Sequence record: LT603033
Strand: one strand, 5' to 3'
Origin: Escherichia phage vB_Eco_slurp01
DNA: 64,000 bases
How positions within the stretch are numbered: position 1 is the first letter of the stretch; every line of letters begins with the position of its first letter. The translations under genes were made by a program, and so were the position numbers. Under the pieces are notes generated by a model. That model saw only the letters and a list, made by a program, of their open reading frames with translations. It was not told the origin of the DNA and did no database searches. This document shows, in pieces, positions 17,788 through 27,309 of the stretch.

Positions 17788-19663
17788 ATTAACCCCTAAA
17801 CAAGCAAAAGAAAAATTCAACAATAAAGTATTAGAACATAACGTTCCAATTGAAGCTGATTATAGTAAGTATGAAAATGCCAAATTAAAAAACATCCAAG
17901 TAGTTTGCAATGATGTATTAAAACACAAATCAGGCATATCACAAGTATATCTTATGGATCACGCAAACCTCACACACCCATCTAAAAAATTTGGTTGTCC
18001 TGAATGTGAAGACTGGTATAATGGTCATGCTAAAAGTTTAGATATTTTAATTGTTAGGGAAAGAATTAATTCTTGGATTAGTACTTATGGTGGCATAATT
18101 GATACAGTTAGTGGTGAAGTTGAAGTTTATAAAAATAATTCAACAAAAATACCATATATTTGTAAAAATGGAACTAAAAAAACGCTTACTATTTCTACAC
18201 TGGGTGATGAAATCGGTTGTAATTGTTCTAAATGTAAATCTGAATTAATATCAGAAATCGAAGATAACAATGAATATACATCCATGACTACTGATGATGA
18301 TTGTGTTACAATTTCCCATTTTATATTTGGGGATGATGTTGCATTCTCGTGGATTTCACCATTGGAAATGAAAAAACATGGTTACGGTCTTGCCGAAAAA
18401 ATGAAAGAAAAAGCATTGTCGGTTGGTAAAAATATTATTGGATATGCAATATCATCTCTTAGTGAATGGAAAAATGAAAAAACTCCTGTAATAACGGAAC
18501 ACGAAGGAGTATTATATCGTATTTCCAGAGCATCATATTTGATCAATAATAATATAGTACATAGACCACATTATACAAAAAATAATTTTTTATATTATTT
18601 TTACAAATGTTCACCTAACAATCAACTTATTACACCAATCCTAATACCTGATGATGTTGGTACAAAAAAGAAAATTAAAGTATGTTATAAATCATGTGGG
18701 TGTGAATACGATATATCTGTGGACGTTATAATGAACAGAAATTTAAAAACTTGTGGAAACTGTAAAAATATAGATACTAAAACATTTATAGAAAAGTGCT
18801 TGGAGTTCAAATCAAGTGGAGAATATATCTATGATAGAGTAAACTATATAAATCAAAGTACACCTGTAACTATAGTTCATAAAATTTACGGAGAATTCAA
18901 AAGTACACCACAAAATCACTTAACACATTTAAAAAACAGTTTGAAATATGATACAGCTAACTTTAAAATAAAAAATCTAACTCAATTTAAAATTAAAGCA
19001 AATGAAGTTCATAATAACTTATATAATTATGATAAAGTTGATTATGTAAATTCTTCAACGAAAGTATTAATAACTCATCCAGTGTATGGAGACTTTTGGC
19101 AAACTCCAAATGGGCATTTGGCAGGTAAAGGACACCCGAAAGTCAAAGGTGGTGTTCCTTATACATGTGATGAATTTAAAATTAAAGCAAATGAAGTTCA
19201 TAATAACTTATATAATTATGATAAAGTTGATTATGTAAATTCTTCAACGAAAGTATTAATAACTCATCCAGTGTATGGAGACTTTTGGCAAACTCCAGCA
19301 AGTCACCTTTGTGGGTCTGGTCATCCACTTGCGGCTGGTCATTCTCAGCAATATGCATATATTCATAATATTTTGGATGGTGATTTATCTGTAGCATTGA
19401 AATATGGTATTGAAAAGCAGAAAGGTAAGAGGGTTATGCAGCAAAATAAAAAATCATTATTTAAAATTGAATCGTTACATACGTATTTTTTCACATCTGT
19501 GTTTGAGTGTAAGGAAGCTGAAAAAGAATGTAAAAAACTATTTGGTAAAGGCGTTTTAACTAAACAAGAAATGCCAGATGGTTATACTGAAACTACTACA
19601 CCAAACAACATAGATAAAATTATTGCAATCTATGAAAAATGGGGTGGGGTGAAAAAAAACTAA
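17777..19663 (+). CDS. Cys-rich repeat protein (628 aa), possible nuclease/homing-endonuclease-like
   Basis: RBS AAAGGAG; several CxxC/CxC clusters; at least three copies of a roughly 40-aa motif Y-x-YDKVDY-V-N-S-S-T-x-V-x-I-x-H-P-V-Y-G-x-F; function unverified. Confidence 0.65.
   Translation: MPAKLTPKQAKEKFNNKVLEHNVPIEADYSKYENAKLKNIQVVCNDVLKHKSGISQVYLMDHANLTHPSKKFGCPECEDWYNGHAKSLDILIVRERINSWISTYGGIIDTVSGEVEVYKNNSTKIPYICKNGTKKTLTISTLGDEIGCNCSKCKSELISEIEDNNEYTSMTTDDDCVTISHFIFGDDVAFSWISPLEMKKHGYGLAEKMKEKALSVGKNIIGYAISSLSEWKNEKTPVITEHEGVLYRISRASYLINNNIVHRPHYTKNNFLYYFYKCSPNNQLITPILIPDDVGTKKKIKVCYKSCGCEYDISVDVIMNRNLKTCGNCKNIDTKTFIEKCLEFKSSGEYIYDRVNYINQSTPVTIVHKIYGEFKSTPQNHLTHLKNSLKYDTANFKIKNLTQFKIKANEVHNNLYNYDKVDYVNSSTKVLITHPVYGDFWQTPNGHLAGKGHPKVKGGVPYTCDEFKIKANEVHNNLYNYDKVDYVNSSTKVLITHPVYGDFWQTPASHLCGSGHPLAAGHSQQYAYIHNILDGDLSVALKYGIEKQKGKRVMQQNKKSLFKIESLHTYFFTSVFECKEAEKECKKLFGKGVLTKQEMPDGYTETTTPNNIDKIIAIYEKWGGVKKN
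18974..19300 (+). repeat. perfect intragenic direct duplication (about 130 bp x2, separated by about 60 bp)
   Basis: AATTTAAAATTAAAGCAAATGAAGTTCATAATAAC...GGAGACTTTTGGCAAACTCCA occurs twice identically. Confidence 0.85.
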
Positions 19664-19669
19664 ACAAAA

Positions 19670-19702
19670 GGGTTGACTTCGGTCAGCCCTTTTTGTTATA
19701 AT
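19670..19702 (+). promoter_or_regulatory. stem-loop/promoter hybrid (PeSL-like)
   Basis: GGGTTGACTTCGGTCAGCCC + TTTTT + TATAAT. Confidence 0.6.
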
Positions 19703-19730
19703 TATTTCATCAACTGATGAGGATAACGAA

Positions 19731-20501
19731 ATGACCAGAGAAGCACGTAGCATTCAAATCCAGAAAAACTTCAACTCCATGATGGTTGCTCTTGAGTGTT
19801 TGCTCGATGATAGCAGTACTGTAAAAAGTATGGTTGTCAGTGGTGCTCCTGGTGTTGGTAAGACTTACACCCTGTCTAAACGCCTCCAGAAAGCTCATGA
19901 CGCAGCAGAATGGAACGTAGCTACCATCAGTGGTAAAATGACTACTCTGGCTCTGTACGAAGTTCTGTACAAGAATCGTCATAGCACCAACGTATTAGTA
20001 CTGGATGATATGGACAGCATCTTTGATTCAGAAGACGGTATGAACCTGCTCAAAGCAGTACTGGACAGCGGTAAACGTACTGTGTCTTACATGACTAGCT
20101 CTAAGTACTTAACCACTAACGGTATCCCTAACAGCTTTGATTTTAACGGTCGTATCGTATTCATCACTAACAAAGATTTAGCATTAGATGCTAAAGCTAA
20201 AACGAAAATGTCTGCTCACTATGCTGCTCTTATGTCTCGTTCTGTATACGTTGACTTACAGATTCAGACCAAAAGCGATATCATGATTCACATTGAGAAC
20301 GTGATGAATCAGACTAACATTTTAGAATCTAAGGGTATTAACCGTAATGGTAGTAAAGCAATTCTGAACTGGATGTTGAAGCACGAAGATTCTCTTCGTT
20401 CACCTTCACTGCGTATGCCACTGTTGATTTCGGCAGTATATAACAACAACCCATACGATTGGGAAGAGCAGTGCGAAAACTTGTTCCTTGAGAAAATTTA
20501 A
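19731..20501 (+). CDS. P-loop NTPase (AAA-like ATPase)
   Basis: Walker A GAPGVGKT and Walker B-like VLVLDDMD; RBS GAGGA. Confidence 0.7.
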   Translation: MTREARSIQIQKNFNSMMVALECLLDDSSTVKSMVVSGAPGVGKTYTLSKRLQKAHDAAEWNVATISGKMTTLALYEVLYKNRHSTNVLVLDDMDSIFDSEDGMNLLKAVLDSGKRTVSYMTSSKYLTTNGIPNSFDFNGRIVFITNKDLALDAKAKTKMSAHYAALMSRSVYVDLQIQTKSDIMIHIENVMNQTNILESKGINRNGSKAILNWMLKHEDSLRSPSLRMPLLISAVYNNNPYDWEEQCENLFLEKI

Positions 20502-20508
20502 TTCCATA

Positions 20509-20540
20509 TTGACAGTACTACCATAGTGTAGTACTATAAC
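20509..20540 (+). promoter_or_regulatory. sigma70-like promoter
   Basis: TTGACA + 17 bp + TACTAT upstream of membrane-protein array. Confidence 0.4.
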
Positions 20541-20566
20541 TTAATATTCACCACCGGAGATACGAT

Positions 20567-20905
20567 ATGCTTGAGTTTTTTAATTCAGATACAATGATTA
20601 GTATTACTTTGATTTATCTGTTTGGTTTTTTCTTTTATCATGCACTGGTTGTAGTACTGTGGTATTTTAAAAAGAAAATTGTTTTTAAACTGTATCCAGT
20701 AAGGAATTCATCACTAGTTCTTTACACACTAGTTCAAGGTTTGTTTGCAATTGTTGGTCTTATGGCACACTTAATTTATTGTGCCAATCCTCACTTGAAC
20801 TCAATCTCACAATATATTGTATTCTTTGGGTTGTTCATTTGGTTAGTTGTATACTTAATCCATCTCATTATTCATGGTAGAGATAAAATTCGCGGAGACT
20901 TCTAA
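20567..20905 (+). CDS. small membrane protein, family B member 1
   Basis: First of seven tandem hydrophobic ORFs of about 110-125 aa with basic C-termini. Confidence 0.6.
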   Translation: MLEFFNSDTMISITLIYLFGFFFYHALVVVLWYFKKKIVFKLYPVRNSSLVLYTLVQGLFAIVGLMAHLIYCANPHLNSISQYIVFFGLFIWLVVYLIHLIIHGRDKIRGDF

Positions 20906-21252
20906 TGTTTGAAGCTTATCTTGAGTTTTTAAAGAGTAGTTCTGTTGCACATTCAATTGCAGGGATTATTCTAACAGGTTATGTAACATTTTGGGTAGTT
21001 ATGTTTCTAGGATGGTATTTTAAACGACAATTCTATAAGCGTAATGGTGAAGATTTTATGAATTCTTTCATTAATCAATCGTTGTTTGCATCAACATTGA
21101 TAGCATGTATTGTAGCAACACTCACAGGAAAGGTACTGCCAGCATTCTCCGCAGTTTACGGTACATTGGGTATGATATGTGTAGTTTTTTACTTGACCAT
21201 TAAAATTTGTTGTGTTATGATTGAACTTCGAAATAAGATACCGGAGGAATGA
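20905..21252 (+). CDS. small membrane protein, family B member 2
   Basis: TAATG coupling; multi-helix hydrophobic; C-terminal LRNKIPEE. Confidence 0.6.
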   Translation: MFEAYLEFLKSSSVAHSIAGIILTGYVTFWVVMFLGWYFKRQFYKRNGEDFMNSFINQSLFASTLIACIVATLTGKVLPAFSAVYGTLGMICVVFYLTIKICCVMIELRNKIPEE

Positions 21253-21587
21253 TGGAGTACTTTATTGATTTACTGCCGTGGTATATGAAAGTTAGTACTT
21301 TGTACTATATTATTAGTGCTGGATTCTACTTTCTGATGTGGTTCTTTAAACGACCAATTTCAGTATTCATCGCTGATAACATGCTGCAATTAAAATTACA
21401 CGCATGGTTTGGTATGGCGATGATTATGCCTATTATTCACTACTCAATGATTAGTAGAGGTTTCCGTTCTAATGGTGAACCAATTGTATTAGTATTCTAT
21501 TGGGGTTCAACTATTGCATATGTAAGTTTGTTGTTGTTCCCAGTCGTTCATAAATTACGTGCTAAAGTCCCTGATGCGAGGTACTAA
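21249..21587 (+). CDS. small membrane protein, family B member 3
   Basis: ATGA overlap; C-terminal LRAKVPDARY. Confidence 0.6.
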   Translation: MMEYFIDLLPWYMKVSTLYYIISAGFYFLMWFFKRPISVFIADNMLQLKLHAWFGMAMIMPIIHYSMISRGFRSNGEPIVLVFYWGSTIAYVSLLLFPVVHKLRAKVPDARY

Positions 21588-21901
21588 TGGATATCGTAAC
21601 ATTGATTTACACGTTGTATTCATTCTATTTCATTATGTGTTGGGTTGGATTTTTATTTGTACTCAAGATGTTTGATTATGTTGAAAAACAGATAAAAGAA
21701 TTTTGTATTCCTTTTATCGGATCAACCATTATTAGTGTTTCTTGTGTGTATTTTTTGGTTTTTGAACCACCAGATAACACTGCAATGATTGACTTGATGT
21801 TACTACCAACAACTGTTACTTTTTTATGTAGTCTGATGCCGCCGATTAGCCGTGGACTAACAGAATTTAGACGCAACCAAAAGCGTAAACGAGGGATGTA
21901 A
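21587..21901 (+). CDS. small membrane protein, family B member 4
   Basis: TAATG coupling; hydrophobic. Confidence 0.6.
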   Translation: MDIVTLIYTLYSFYFIMCWVGFLFVLKMFDYVEKQIKEFCIPFIGSTIISVSCVYFLVFEPPDNTAMIDLMLLPTTVTFLCSLMPPISRGLTEFRRNQKRKRGM

Positions 21902-22269
21902 TGGAAATTGCTCTTATTATCTTAACTGCTATGCTGTTTATTAGTACTGTGGTTATAATTGGTAAATTCTTTTGTGTATCATTTTTAGAAACGGTATACG
22001 ATGAAATTGCTGATGATTATGAATTACAAGCCGGATTTTTCATTACGTATTGGCTTAGTTTATTTTGTCTAGTCATTGCTTGGATTTTACATATCTTTAA
22101 ATGGGGTATGGTAGACGGTGATCCTATTATGGCAATTATTGTTCTAGTGTTTGGTATCCTTGGTGGTGCAGTGCATAATCTAATGGTTATCTGGCAAACT
22201 GTTCAATATGTTTTGGTTCCCTATTTCGAAAAGATGCACAGTACAATTAAAAAACGTAAACGAGGTTAG
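21901..22269 (+). CDS. small membrane protein, family B member 5
   Basis: TAATG coupling; hydrophobic; C-terminal KKRKRG. Confidence 0.6.
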   Translation: MEIALIILTAMLFISTVVIIGKFFCVSFLETVYDEIADDYELQAGFFITYWLSLFCLVIAWILHIFKWGMVDGDPIMAIIVLVFGILGGAVHNLMVIWQTVQYVLVPYFEKMHSTIKKRKRG

Positions 22270-22270
22270 T

Positions 22271-22633
22271 ATGAACGGGATAGAATTATCTTTCGTTGGT
22301 CAATTACTAGTAATGGCGTATACATTTATCTTCTCACTGAATGCATTCGTGTGCATTGGGAAGTACTTCCATAAGCGACCATTATCAAATATATATGATG
22401 TAATCCAAAAGAGATATAGTCCAGCATATACTGTGTTGGGTACAGTATTCAATTTTGGTTTTATTGTATTAATAATTGGACTGTTCACATCCTCTTTGAA
22501 TACAATAACCTTCGGTCTTATGATATGTTCATTGGTATTAGCCGTAATTATATGTTGTTTAGTACTGCACCTTGTGGTACTATTGTATATAAAGATCTCT
22601 GAAATCCACCAACGTTTGGGTATGAGGAAATAA
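22271..22633 (+). CDS. small membrane protein, family B member 6
   Basis: ATG at 22271 with GAGG; hydrophobic. Confidence 0.55.
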   Translation: MNGIELSFVGQLLVMAYTFIFSLNAFVCIGKYFHKRPLSNIYDVIQKRYSPAYTVLGTVFNFGFIVLIIGLFTSSLNTITFGLMICSLVLAVIICCLVLHLVVLLYIKISEIHQRLGMRK

Positions 22634-22634
22634 T

Positions 22635-23006
22635 ATGAGTTACCGTGAGATATTTTCCATTATTTCAATTATTATGTTCAGTACTGGAACACTGGTATGG
22701 TTATTATACTTCTTCTGTATTAATCCAGTGTATAATATGTTATGTAATATTAAATCAAGTGCCGGATATATCACTTTTATGGTCTTTATGGGATATTATT
22801 GTCTAAGCATTTTAGGTGTTGTTTTGGTTGTTATATTTGATGTGGGACCAAATAGTGATGGTATGGAAATACATGAATTAATAACCATGTTTGGATGTAT
22901 GATACCAACAGCACTACTGTTTGTAGCTACTGGTAGTGGATTGATAAAATTATATAATTATTTAAAATCCATTCATAATTCCATTCATAATAAGCGTATG
23001 TCATAA
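22635..23006 (+). CDS. small membrane protein, family B member 7
   Basis: Hydrophobic; RBS GAGGAA. Confidence 0.6.
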   Translation: MSYREIFSIISIIMFSTGTLVWLLYFFCINPVYNMLCNIKSSAGYITFMVFMGYYCLSILGVVLVVIFDVGPNSDGMEIHELITMFGCMIPTALLFVATGSGLIKLYNYLKSIHNSIHNKRMS

Positions 23007-23012
23007 TAAAAA

Positions 23013-23036
23013 TCCAGTACTATCAAGTACTGGATT
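23013..23036 (+). terminator. hairpin ATCCAGTAC-TATCA-AGTACTGGAT
   Basis: Inverted repeat immediately after stop of 22635..23006. Confidence 0.4.
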
Positions 23037-23047
23037 AATAAGGAGTT

Positions 23048-23710
23048 ATGATGAAAACAAAATTAGGTTTGTTTTATAAAAATTATTTCGTTAAACAGCG
23101 TAAATTTATAAAAAAATATTTCTCTGGTGAGAAGTCTAGTCCTATAATTTTTAAAAGACCAAGTTATAATACTTACTTAGCTGATGCTAAACAGTCTAAG
23201 AAATTTATTACTCTTTTAAATAAAAACAAAATTAAAGCTTCTTATGTTGAAACGAGAAGAAACTCATCAATAACTCCTGGTGATTTTATTGAGTACGGAT
23301 GTTTCAATATTAAGTATAATGATAATACATACTTTATGGATATTGATTGTAATACATCCAATCTTTTTAACATTGTAGTAAATCCATTAAAACAATATAA
23401 TGTTTATGGTGATTCTATTATCAAATTAATCAAAAACAAAGATGGCTTTGATTTTGAAATAAATGTTTTAGATGATAATTTTGACGAAGTACCCGTAAAC
23501 CCTGAAATCTGTGATATTTTAAACAGTTTAAAAGGTAGTACCTACAATATATCATCTGATTTAATGTTTCAGTACTCATTAATCCATAAAGATATTGAAA
23601 AGTATATTGAATGTTCCAAAATTTTGAATTATCTTTACGATGAATTTAAAAAGAGTTCTAAAATAACCGCATACACTTTGTACAATATTCCTAAAATGGT
23701 GAATCTTTGA
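23048..23710 (+). CDS. hypothetical protein (K/N-rich, very AT-rich)
   Basis: RBS AAGGAG; 220 aa; converges with minus-strand array. Confidence 0.6.
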   Translation: MMKTKLGLFYKNYFVKQRKFIKKYFSGEKSSPIIFKRPSYNTYLADAKQSKKFITLLNKNKIKASYVETRRNSSITPGDFIEYGCFNIKYNDNTYFMDIDCNTSNLFNIVVNPLKQYNVYGDSIIKLIKNKDGFDFEINVLDDNFDEVPVNPEICDILNSLKGSTYNISSDLMFQYSLIHKDIEKYIECSKILNYLYDEFKKSSKITAYTLYNIPKMVNL

Positions 23711-24843
23711 CAAATACAGTACTGGCAACTCCACCGTCTGTAATATATTGTCCAGTACTGTAAATTTGTATACCATCGGTTAAGTAAGTTCTGTATAAAG
23801 TTGCTGTAACATATACGTTATTCATATTCATCTCTATTGGTAGTACACATTTGGTATAGGCCGACACATCTGTTTGTGTACCTATACCCAATTGACCTGC
23901 GTTATCGCCTGTGTTATAACCAGTTGCGTAAACACCTAATGAAGTTATAATATGATTAGAAAAATATGAATAACCCACACTGCTTCTTATTATATCACCT
24001 GGTGCTTGTGTTGTTTGTCTTAACGAAATATATGTTTGTGATGTAGAACCATTTGCTAACTGACCAAAGTATTGTCCACCACCATGATATGCAAATAATT
24101 TATTAGTACTATTATTACTTGCTATAGCAAAAGCGAAGTAACTTGAGTTTGTTGTATAATCTTTCACCGTATAGGTATTAGTTATTTGAGAACATAACGT
24201 GTACTTTGAATATAACGTCATGTCGGTTGTACCTACGCCTGATATTGCACCAGTATAATACAATCTCCCATCGGTTCCAATAAATCCTTGCATAAGAAAA
24301 TTTGCCAGTATTTTGGATGGTGTTACTCCAGTAGGTACTGTTCCTTGTACAAATGATGAAAGTGAATCGGTACTTCTACCATTTCCCAGTTGTCCATAAC
24401 TACCATAACCCGTATTCCATATCGTGTTGTCTGTACATAATACGCTTAATGCACCTGCACTAACTGCAATTTGTTTTATTGTTTTTCCAAGTGCTGTTAT
24501 TCTATCAAACACTATCTTTGCAGAAGCCCACGTTGTTGACTTATCAGTTGATAAACCGAATGATGCACCATTTCCAGCATACCACATCGTATTATCTTTC
24601 TTTTTAATTAATGTTGACTCATACCCGAACCCATAGATCTTCTACGTTTGTATTGCACAAAACCCATTTGGTTTGTGTTATAATATTACCTATACCCATT
24701 TGCCCAAACTCTTGAGAGCCTCTACTGTACAACGTACCATCTGACATAAGGGCAAAAACTGTTGTATCAGATGAAGCTATTTTTGTTACAGAAGGTTGTA
24801 TGTTCTTTTTTGATGATGTGATAATTCTTCCAAAGGGTAGCAT
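23691..24843 (-). pseudogene. RCC1-like repeat protein paralog 1, frameshifted
   Basis: N-terminal fragment (24619..24843, MLPFGRIITSSKK...) and C-terminal fragment (23691..24587) in different frames; divergent N-terminal tag. Confidence 0.55.
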
Positions 24844-24915
24844 TGTATCCTCCAAATGTAAATCGTTATTATATTTAGGACAAAAAAATGCCAGTACAAG
24901 GCACTGGCATAAAAT
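24844..24915 (-). promoter_or_regulatory. inter-paralog cassette (hairpin + RBS)
   Basis: TGCCAGT-ACAAGGC-ACTGGCA hairpin upstream of paralog 1. Confidence 0.45.
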
Positions 24916-26085
24916 CTAAGCAGAAGGCATATCCTTCATTTTAATAAATGAAAATTGTGTACCAGTATTTGTGGTTTGATCAGTAAAATATGAATTACTA
25001 CCAGCCCAGTACAATTCATTATTAACTATACAATATATAACAGAACTCGAACTCTGTGAATACACACGACTTATATTTGATGGTTCCACTCCAGTACTGA
25101 ACTGAACCGAACCCAACTGTGAACTTGGTATCACATCAGTTGGTCTACCTAAACCATTAACACCAGCCCCACCACCACATGTATATACCCCAGTACTATC
25201 AGTTGATATATTAACATAACCATTCCCGGCATTTTCAAATAGTATTTCACTGGGAACAACACCAAATCCTGTAAGATCTATTTTCCTGAATGTAGTGTAA
25301 ACAGTAGAACCACCAACACCTCTTCCACCATAATCATTAGAACCAGCCATATAGATACTATATCCAGAACTTCCTAAACATAATAACTGTACGTTGTCAT
25401 ATAATATTTGCATAGATATAACGTTATCAGGAATACTCAATACCGTAAAAGTAGTTAAAGAAGAACTTCCAATATTACTACCAACCGATGTTCCACATCT
25501 GTAGTACTTACCGCCTTTTATATAATGGAACGATGAACCGCCTAACTTATGTGCTCCTATTGCACTTACCCCAGTATCTATAAGAATGGGAGATACAACT
25601 TTGTTATTAACACCTAACTCAGATCTACTGTTCATACCGAACCCATATAAACGACCATCTAACATCAATATTAGTGTACTACCGGAAGTACCCGCTGACG
25701 TAAATTCTATATTCTTTATTTGCGACACGTCAATACCTACAAATAATGAAGTTACTTCAGTCCAGTTAACATATGAACCACTAGCCCCAAAATATCCACC
25801 CATGTATAGACCTGCACAATATAACTTATTATCAACAGTCTTTATTAATGTACCGGATACACACGCCCAAAAATCATCAACTTCATAGGGTACATGTACC
25901 CAACCACCTAATACATCACTAGCATCCCCTGTACCTAATTTATAGTTCGAACCAGAACCACGCATGTACATATTCCCTGTACTATAAAGTAATCCGACAT
26001 GTAATTGACTACCATCCAATTTCTTTATTTCAGGAAGAGTTGGTTTAATATTTCCGTACTTTAACATTCTTCCAAAAGGTAACAT
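24916..26085 (-). CDS. RCC1-like repeat (beta-propeller) protein paralog 2
   Basis: 389 aa; N-terminus MLPFGRMLKYGNIKP; G/S/T/N/Y-rich repeats; RBS AAGGAGG. Confidence 0.8.
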   Translation of the reverse strand: MLPFGRMLKYGNIKPTLPEIKKLDGSQLHVGLLYSTGNMYMRGSGSNYKLGTGDASDVLGGWVHVPYEVDDFWACVSGTLIKTVDNKLYCAGLYMGGYFGASGSYVNWTEVTSLFVGIDVSQIKNIEFTSAGTSGSTLILMLDGRLYGFGMNSRSELGVNNKVVSPILIDTGVSAIGAHKLGGSSFHYIKGGKYYRCGTSVGSNIGSSSLTTFTVLSIPDNVISMQILYDNVQLLCLGSSGYSIYMAGSNDYGGRGVGGSTVYTTFRKIDLTGFGVVPSEILFENAGNGYVNISTDSTGVYTCGGGAGVNGLGRPTDVIPSSQLGSVQFSTGVEPSNISRVYSQSSSSVIYCIVNNELYWAGSNSYFTDQTTNTGTQFSFIKMKDMPSA

Positions 26086-26095
26086 ATTCCCTCCT

Positions 26096-27238
26096 TTATA
26101 TTATATTTAATTTTTGATATGTGGGATATATTTCTTGACTTGGTTTATCTAAAATATATTGTACGTTACCTGCACCATATAAACTACCATCAATAGTAGC
26201 TAATTTAACATTAGTATCACCAGCCACCCACGATGTCATTTTTGATGCACCTGGAACTAAAGTTGTATTTTTTACGCTGGTGGAAACGGAATTTACCCCC
26301 AAACTACTACTTAAGTTATATCCACTACTATAAACTTCACCATTAATTCTAAATTTAACGTATACTGGTAAGTTAACAGCATTACCATAGTTGTAGTTTG
26401 TATGCTTTATAAAACGAAACTCTGAACTTACATATGTTTCCGGTTGAGCTACACTGTATATATTGTATGACTGAAAGGTACTACCAGCCGCAGAATTTAA
26501 TAATCCAGTGTCCCCAGTATAGCCACTAAAATAAACTGAAGTAGCATCACTCCACATAAAACAAGATGTTGCAGTTAAATAAAAATCAATCACATTTGAC
26601 TTAACTACTCTTGGTGTCAGGTAACCAGTACCGCCCACAGTTGTGAAGCAGTTGAATCTGTTCTCACCCCACGCAACAACGTCGCCATTCGATCTTATTC
26701 CACATGCGTTCAGATGACCAAATTGCATTTTAGAAACACCAGTAAGGTTTGTATTTTGTGTCCATGTAGGGGCGTATGTTGTAGTACTTGCTAACCCAAT
26801 CATACCATATAAATTAGAACCTAAAACCCAAACTGAACCATCGGCGTTTACAATAACAGTTGCATGATCACGTGCAACATATATTTCGCTCGCATTGTCA
26901 AATTTGTCTTTGATTAAACTATCAATGTTAATAAAAACATTACCACTATCTCCATATGCATATGCTGCTCCACTAAACCAATATGAACTATCATTTTTTA
27001 AAATAGTTAATCCAGACTGACTAAACCAAAAATTAACCACATTTTCGGCTATTAATGTACGTACTGTAAGTGTTGTTCTATTTCCTAATCCAAATTGACC
27101 TGCTGATTGAGTCCCACTTGCATATAATTTACCATCACTTGTAAGTATTATACAACCATTTATTGTTAAATCTACTTTTTTTATATCAAGTGGGATTATC
27201 ATATTCCCGTACTGAATCATTCTTGCAAAAGGTAACAT
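26096..27238 (-). CDS. RCC1-like repeat protein paralog 3
   Basis: 380 aa; N-terminus MLPFARMIQYGN; GQFGLGN-type repeat motifs. Confidence 0.8.
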   Translation of the reverse strand: MLPFARMIQYGNMIIPLDIKKVDLTINGCIILTSDGKLYASGTQSAGQFGLGNRTTLTVRTLIAENVVNFWFSQSGLTILKNDSSYWFSGAAYAYGDSGNVFINIDSLIKDKFDNASEIYVARDHATVIVNADGSVWVLGSNLYGMIGLASTTTYAPTWTQNTNLTGVSKMQFGHLNACGIRSNGDVVAWGENRFNCFTTVGGTGYLTPRVVKSNVIDFYLTATSCFMWSDATSVYFSGYTGDTGLLNSAAGSTFQSYNIYSVAQPETYVSSEFRFIKHTNYNYGNAVNLPVYVKFRINGEVYSSGYNLSSSLGVNSVSTSVKNTTLVPGASKMTSWVAGDTNVKLATIDGSLYGAGNVQYILDKPSQEIYPTYQKLNII

Positions 27239-27309
27239 AATTCCCTCCTTTATTCATTATACTATATTTAATACAAATAAGAAAGCCAGTACTCTGTACT
27301 GGCATAATG
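27239..27309 (-). promoter_or_regulatory. conserved cassette: hairpin terminator + TATAAT + RBS
   Basis: On gene strand: GCCAGTAC-AGAG-TACTGGC, TTTCTTATTTGTATTAAATATAGTATAATGAATAAAGGAGG, then ATG. Confidence 0.55.

Noticed and set aside
27239-27309. T4 late promoter (TATAAATA) in the RCC1 cassettes
   Set aside because: The cassette has ATTAAATA and TATAAT rather than an exact TATAAATA, so the temporal class (early, middle or late) cannot be assigned from sequence.
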